Positions 56,780-64,000 of a stretch of DNA of 64,000 bases are shown here, piece after piece. The notes beneath the pieces are model-generated. The model was not told the origin of the DNA and searched no databases. It worked only from the letters and a program-made list of their open reading frames with translations. Position numbers and translations under genes: made by a program. Source of the DNA: Vicugna vicugna (Eukaryota); contig MU058039.1 in the NCBI GenBank assembly GCA_013265495.1, forward strand, positions 312,591-376,590, given 5' to 3'. The stretch's first letter is position 1, and every line of letters starts with the position of its first letter.

Positions 56780-58100
56780 ACAGCCAGGTTAGCAAATAAA
56801 AATGATACAACCACCAGAAACAGGTATTTGTCAGTTTGTAGCAAAATTTATCCTTTGAACCAGCAATCCCAGTTGTACGAACCCAAACATATACTCTCTG
56901 GAAAGAATCTGAAAATATTTATACAGAGGGTATCACACCATCACAGAACTCTTTGTAAGAGCAAATGAGTAGAACTAATCTAAATAGCCACCAGCATGGT
57001 ATCACTTGAACTCATTGTAGTATAGAAGTACAACAGAGTTCTATGCAACTATATGAAGAAATGAGAAGCATCTATATATTCCTATGGAGTGATCTCCATG
57101 ACATATTCTTTCAAAGTGAAATAGCAAGGTGGAATAAACTCTATCTACGGTATGCTACCATTTATATAAGGAAGGGAATTCATGAAGAATATATACAGAA
57201 ACGTTCACATTGAATACAAACAATTAAAGTATAAACCATAAAGTTTATAAGCTATTTCCTTTGTTGGAGGGAATGAAAGCAGTGGGAGGGGACAAGAATG
57301 GAAGCCAGATATCTAAGAATATATGCTATTTTGTAGATCTGACATTGAAACTGTAAATATTTTATAAAATTGTAAAACAAAATTAAATAATAAATCCAAA
57401 AATGTAAAAAGCAAAATTGAATAGATGAACCTTGTTAGGCATTGGGTTGTGCCATAAGCAGAGACAGAAAATAATTCTAACACTGCTGAAATATAAGATT
57501 TGATTGCACATTACTAGTGGGTTACCAGAGACACTATTGAAAAAGTTGCATGGTAGTGATGGGAGTACTCTTATTACTTAAAATGTTCAATATATTTTAT
57601 GTACATTTTCTGAAAAAGATAACTGAAAAAATAGGAGAAACAAAAGGGAATCATCTCAATGCATCTGATGAAGTTGGATATAAAATGAGACAAGGACAGT
57701 ATTAGGAAGAAAAATTATGATTCAGTCTCATGAATGTAGATGTACAGATTCTAAACAAAATATTACCAAATTGGATCTAGTAATTTAATTAAAAAAAACC
57801 TTCATGATCAATTGTATTCATTCTAGGAGTATCAGGTTAAAACATAAGAACATTTGTTAATGTTAAGTCACTATATTAAAGGGAAATGATGATCCCAGAA
57901 GAAAAAATAATTAAATAAAATTCAACATCCAATCATAAACTAAACTGTTATAACATATGAACAAAATAGAATTTCTTTATACTAATGAAGTGTATTCTTA
58001 TAAAAATACAGCAAAAATACAAATAACAATGAAAGTTTAAAATCAAGTCCAAATTCACTTTGTGGTATTCTTTCCCCAAACCAGAAAATCAAATCTAATC
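56780..58100 (+). mobile_element. Old L1 (L1M) fragments
   Basis: Decayed L1 3'-region and ORF2 motifs. Confidence 0.55.
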
Positions 58101-58248
58101 ATCGGGAAAACATCAGACCAATACAAATTGAGAGAGATTCTACAAAATACCTAACATTTTGTCATAACTGTCAAATTCATAAAAATAAGAAAAAACTAAG
58201 AAACTGTCACAGACCAAAAGATATGACAAAAGAAAAAAGACATTAATG

Positions 58249-58475
58249 TACAAATGAACTGATTTACAAAACAAAAACAGACAGAAAACAGACATAGAAA
58301 ACAAACCAAAGGGGAAGCAGAGGGAGGGATAAATTAGGAGTATGGGATTAACAAATACACAATACCATATATAAAATAGATAAACATCAAGGATTTACTG
58401 TATATCACAGGGAACTATATTCAGTATCTTGTAATAACCTATAATGGAAAAGAATCTGAAAAAGAATTATATATA

Positions 58476-58506
<31 letters not shown>

Positions 58507-58560
58507 ATCACTTTGATGTACACCTGAAACTAAAACAATATTGTAAATCAACTATACTTA
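58249..58560 (+). mobile_element. L1 3' end, TSD-flanked
   Basis: TSD aaaaaagacattaatg at 58233-58248 and 58561-58576. Confidence 0.85.
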
Positions 58561-59109
58561 AAAAAAGACATTAATGGAAAAATATAGAATCTGAATACAT
58601 TCTGCAGTTTAGTCAATAATAATAATGTACTAATCTTGGGTTCTTAGTTTTGACAAATATACCACAATAATATAGAGGAAACTGATACTGGGTGAGAGGT
58701 ATATGGGAATTCTCTGTACTATTTTTGAAACTTTTATGTAACTATAAATTTATTTTAACATTTAAAAAGAAAAGAAAAATTATGCCTATACAGTCATGAA
58801 AAAAGATGAAGACAGAAAGTAACACTACTTCTTTTGAACATTTCCTGGAAGGTGTACCCACTGCAGTAAGATTAGAAAGAGGCACCCAAGTTACAAGCAT
58901 AGGAAAGCAAGAAAGAAAACTAAAAATATTTGCAAATTTCATGATTAGTGAAGACTCTACTAATTATTGAATAATTAGTTTTACTAATTAATGAGTTATG
59001 ACAAAAATCAACACATAAAACATCAAGAAAGAAAAGTTGATTTTACGTAGCTTTTCAATTTTTGCTACTGTATCTATATGGAATGACTTCCACAACATCC
59101 TGTAAATAA

Positions 59110-60735
59110 TAATAATAAAAAGATCAATATGATAAAAAAGCCTCTAGCCAGGCAAACTAAGGGAAAAAAAGAGAGAGACGACCTGAGAATGAGATAAATA
59201 AAATAATGGACATCACGACAGATCTCATGGACTTAAAATGATAATAAAGAAATATTATGAACAACCCTATGCCCACAAATTTTATAACCTAGGTGAAACA
59301 GAACAATTCCCTGAAAGACACAATATGCCAAAACTTACTCAGATGAAACAATCTGAACAGGTGACAATGTATAAATGAAATTTAATCAATAATTAATAAC
59401 TTTCCAAAATAGAGGGTACCAGGCCCAGATGGGTTCACTGGTGAATTCTATCAAAAAATTAAGGAATAAATTATTCCAATTCTCTATCATCTCAGAGGAT
59501 AGAAGCAGAAGGAATACTTCCTAACTCCATTCTATGGGACCAGTATTACCATAATATCAAAACCAGACAAGACTTACAAGAAAAAAACTACAGACCAGTA
59601 TATCTCATGAATATAGATGCAAAAATTCTCAAGAAAATATCTGCAATTAAATTCAATAATATCTAAAAAGAATTATGCACCAGAACGAAATAGGATTAAT
59701 CCCAGGTATAAAAAGCTGGTTCAACCTTTGAAAATCAATTAATGTAACCCATCACACCAACAGACTAAAGAAAAATCACATAATTATATCAATAGATGCA
59801 GAAAAAGTGTTTGACAAACATTCATGATAAACTCCATAAACTAGGAACAGAGGGGAACTTCCTCGACTTGAATCTGAAGGAATCAACAACAACAAAAAAA
59901 TCTCCTAGAACTACATATGGGATTATAGCAAGGTTAAAGATTAAAAGGTTAATATACAAAAGTCAATCACTTTCCTATATACCAGTAATGAACAAGTGGA
60001 TTTTAAAATTAAAACCAATATGACTTACATTAGCACCTCCCCAAAACAAAACACTCAAGGTATAAATCTAACAATAGGTACAAGAGCTAAATGAGGAAAA
60101 CTACAAAACTCTGATGAGTGAAATCAAAGAAGAACTAAACAAATGGAAAGATGTTCCGTGTTCATGAATGAGAAACTTAAATACTGTCAAGATGTCACTC
60201 CTTCCCATCTTGTCTATAGATTCAATGCAGCCCAAATCAAAATTTCAGCAATTTATTTTGTGGATGTTAAGTTGATTGTATCATTTATATGAACAAGCAA
60301 AAGGCCCAGAATGGCCAACACAATAGTGAAGAGAAACAAAGTTGGAGGACTGACACTACAGACTTCAAAATTTACAGTAATAATACAGCAATTAAAATAA
60401 TGTGGTAGTGGCAAAAGAAAAGAGAAACGGATCAGTGGAACAGAACAGAGGGCCCATAAATTGTTCCTCATAAATACAGTCAACTGATCTTTGACAAAGG
60501 AGCAAAGCAATACAATAGAACAAAGATAGTCTTTTCAACAAATAATGCTGAAAAAACTGGATATCCACTTTAAAAAATGAATCTAGATTAAAAATTAAAT
60601 GTATTACATTTCCTAAAAATAAACTACAAAAATTAATTAAAAATGAATCATAGACCTACATACAGAATGTAAAACTATAAAACTCCTAAAGATAACACAG
60701 AAGAAAATCTAAATGATTCTGGGTTTGGTGATGAC
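59110..60735 (+). mobile_element. Old L1 ORF2 fragment
   Basis: 'ccaggcccagatgggttcactggtgaattcta', 'atagatgcagaaaaag', 'gttggaggactgacactac'. Confidence 0.85.
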
Positions 60736-60739
60736 CTCT

Positions 60740-63700
60740 TTTTACTAGTTTTTAAAAAAATTTTAAATTTTATTTTATATCTTTATTGAGGTATAGTTCG
60801 TTTATAATATTATATTAGTTTGGGTTTACAGCATAGTGATTCATCATTTTTATAGATTATACTCTATTAAAAGTTATTACAAAACAATGGCTACAATTCC
60901 ATGTGTTGTACAACATATCCTTGTTGCTCATCTATTTTATATGTAGTAATTTGTATCTCTGAATTCCAAACACCTATCTTCCCCCTCCTTCTTTCCTCTT
61001 CCCCACTGGTAACCACTAGTTTGTTCTCTATATCTGTGCATCTGCTTTGTTTTGGTATATACATTCATTCATTTTATTTTTTAGATTCCACATTTAAATG
61101 ATATCATACTTTGTATTTTACTGCCTTATTATACTAAGCATAATATTCTCTAGGTCCATCCATGTTGCTGCCAATGGCAGAATTTCATTCTCTTTTATGG
61201 CTGAGTAATATTCCATTTTATATACATATCTATATCTATATCTATCACATCTTCTTTATCCATTCCTTGCTGATGGACACTTAGGTTGTTTCCATATCTT
61301 GGCTATTGTAAATCGTGCTGCTATGAACATTAGGGTGCATGTATCTTTTAGAATTAGTGTTTTCAGTTTTTATGGATATATACTCAGGAGTAGAACTGTT
61401 GATTCATATGGTAGTTCTACTTCTAGTTTTGTGAAGAACCTCCATACTGTTCTCCATAGGTGGTTGCACCAATATGCATTCTGACCAGCAGTGTACAAGG
61501 GATCCCTTTTCTCCACGTCCTCATCACATTTGTTATTTGTAGACTTTTTGATGATAGCGATTCTGACAGGTGTGAGTTGATATCTCATTGTGGTTTTGTA
61601 TTTCTTTAATAATTAGTGATGTTGTGCGTCTTTTCATGGGCCTGTTAGCCATCTGTATGTCTTCTTTGGAAAAAGTCTGTTCAGGTCTTTTGCCTATTTT
61701 TTTTTATTGGATTGTTTGGGTTTTTGGGGTTTTTTTGATGTTGAGTTGTATGAGCTGTTTATATATTTTGAATATTAACCCCTTGTATGTCTATCATTTG
61801 CAAATACTTTCTCCCATTCAGTAGGTTGTCTTTTTGTTTTGTCAATGGTTTCCTTTGCTGTGCAAAAGCTTTTAAGTTTAATTAGGTCTCATTTGTTTAT
61901 TTCATTTTTTCCCCCTTAGGAGACAGGTCCAAAAAAAAAAATACTGCTACAATTCATGTCAGAGTGTTCTGCCTATGTTCTCTTCTAGGAGTTTTAAGGT
62001 TTCAGGTCTTACATTTAGGTTTTTAAAACATTTTGAGTTTATTTTTATACATGGTGTGAGGAAATGTTCTAACCTCATTATTTTAGAACTTATTTTAGAT
62101 TTTTTTGTATAATTTTATTTATTTATAGGAGTTAATTAGGTTTATTCCTTTATTTTCTAATGGAGGTACTGGGGATTGAACCCAGGACCTTGTGCATGTT
62201 AAGCATGCACTCTACCACTGAGCTATATCCTCCCCTCTAATATCATTATTTTAATTGTAGCTGTCCAGCTTTCCCAGCATCACTTATTGGTGAAGAGACT
62301 GTCCTTTCTCCATTGTATATTCTTGCCTTCTTTGTCATAAGTTAATTGATCTAAGTGTGCATTCATTGCTTTCCTTTCTGTTCCATTGATCTGAGTGTCT
62401 GTTTTTGTGCCAGTACCACACTGCTTTGATTACCGTGGTTTTGTACTATAGTCCTAAGTCTGGGAGGGTGGTTCCTCTGGCTTTATTCTTTTTTCTCAAG
62501 ATTGCTTTGGCAATTCAGGGTCTTTCATGATTAAATATAAATTCTAGGATTATTTTCCCTAGTTCTGTGGAAAATGACACAGGTATTTTGATCAGGATTC
62601 CATTAAATCTGTAGATTACCTTGGTTAGTATGACTATTTTAACAATATTAATTCTTACAACCCAAGAGCATGGGATATTTTTCCATTTCTTTGTATCATT
62701 TTCAATTTACTTAATCAGTGTTTTATAGTTTTCTGAGTATAGGTCTTTCATCTCCTTGGTTAAGTTTGTTCATAGATATTTTACTCTTTTTGATGTGACT
62801 TTAAATAGGATTGTTTTTAAAAATTTCTCTTTCTGATAGTTGATTATTAGTGTATAGAAAACCAACAAATTTATATATATTAACCTTCTATCCTGCAACT
62901 TCACTGAATTCATGTATTACTTCTAACAGTTTTGTGGTGGAAACTTTAGGGTTTTCTATATAAAGCATCATGTCATTTACAAATAGTGATAGTTTTACTT
63001 CTTTACTTCCATTTGTATGCTTTTTATTTATTTTTCTTGTCTGGTTGTTATGATTGTACTTCCAAAACTATGTTAAACAGAAATGACAAGAGTCTGCATC
63101 TTTGCTTTGTTTCTGAATTCAGGAAAGTCTTTCAGCTTTACACCATTGAGTATGATGTTAGCTCTGAGTTTTTCATGAATGGAGTTTATTATGTTGAGAT
63201 ATGTTCCCTCTATACCAGTTTGATAAGTTTTATCATGAATGAATGTTGATTCATTCATAGACATCATCATGATCATTTCTGTGTCTATTAGCATAATCAT
63301 GTGATTTTTATCCTTTTTGTTAATGATGTGTATCATATCAATTGATTTGCAAATATTGAACCATCCTTGCATTCCTGGAATAAATCCCACTTGATTGTGG
63401 TGTATATTCCTTTTTATATACTGTTGGATTCTGTTTGCTAATATTTTGTGGAGGATTTTTTTGAATCCATATTCATCAAAGGTATTGACCTGTATTTTTT
63501 AAAAAATATCTTTGGTTTTAATATCAGATTGATGGTGGCCTCACAGAATGTATTTGGGAGTGTTCCCTCCTCATCAATCTTTTAGAATAGTTTGAGAAAG
63601 ATAGGTATACATTTTTCTTTGTATGTTTGGTAGAATTTCCCTGTGAAGCCATCCAGACCTATACTTTTGTTTGCTGAGAGTTTTATGATTACAAATTCAA

Positions 63701-63915
63701 TCTCACTGCTAGTGATCTGTTTGTTCAAATTATCTGTTTCTTCTTGATTTAGTCTTGGCAGGTTCCATGCTTTTAGAAATTTGTTCATTTCTTCTAGGCT
63801 GTCCAATTTTTTGGCATATAATTGTTCATAATATTTTCTTATGATTTTTTTGTATCTCTGTGATGCCAGTTATTATTTCTCCTCTTTTATTTCTTGTTTT
63901 CTTTATTTGATCCTC
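60740..63915 (-). mobile_element. L1 (3' UTR + ORF2), cetartiodactyl type
   Basis: ORF2 motifs [42 protein letters not shown]; poly-T-side 3' UTR at left. Confidence 0.92.
62085..62235 (-). mobile_element. tRNA-Ala-derived SINE nested in L1
   Basis: TSD tctaacctcattatttt 62068-62084 vs tctaatatcattatttt 62236-62252. Confidence 0.9.
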
Positions 63916-63919
63916 TCTC

Positions 63920-64000
63920 TTTTTTTTTAACATTTTTTATTGATTTATAATCATTTTACAATGTTGTGTCAAATTCCAGTGTTCAGCACAATTTTTCAAG
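63920..64000 (-). mobile_element. 3' end of a young L1, same subfamily as 28776-30949, running off the window
   Basis: Near-identical to 28776-28852 ('aacatttttt(t)attga.ttata.tcattttacaatgttgtgtcaaattccagtgt'). Confidence 0.88.

Overview
Mammalian (eutherian) genomic DNA: part of a KRAB-C2H2 zinc-finger gene cluster, repeat-rich throughout. The tRNA-Ala-like SINEs and cetartiodactyl-style L1 3' ends suggest a camelid-type artiodactyl (inference from recall, not a search). I could reconstruct two intact minus-strand genes exon by exon with canonical GT-AG sites. Gene 1 has CDS 31365-31357 + 27849-27723 + 27443-27348 + 23855-22132 (651 aa, KRAB-A+B, 17 fingers, ZNF571/ZNF420-like). Gene 2 has CDS 51604-51596 + 49008-48882 + 48615-48520 + 44729-43117 (614 aa, KRAB-A+B, about 5 degenerate + 11 intact fingers). 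A third, frameshifted and MER3-truncated zinc-finger exon lies at about 55.97-56.46 kb. A probable fourth gene starts at the 7.4-7.9 kb CpG island and runs leftward out of the window. All three CpG-island promoters carry ACTACAnnTCCCA-type (ZNF143/THAP11) motifs. The rest is L1 of several ages, SINEs, MaLR/ERV LTRs, an ERV-L pro-pol relic and DNA-transposon MITEs. I see no convincing evidence of a wholly new biological system. The most unusual items are a TSD-flanked 323-bp L1 5'-end/3'-end fusion, an apparent L1 3' transduction, a remodelled start exon of the leftmost gene, a possible KRAB-only third gene, and an intact solo LTR next to gene 2's promoter. Repeat family names come from recall of consensus sequences and need RepeatMasker/Dfam confirmation.
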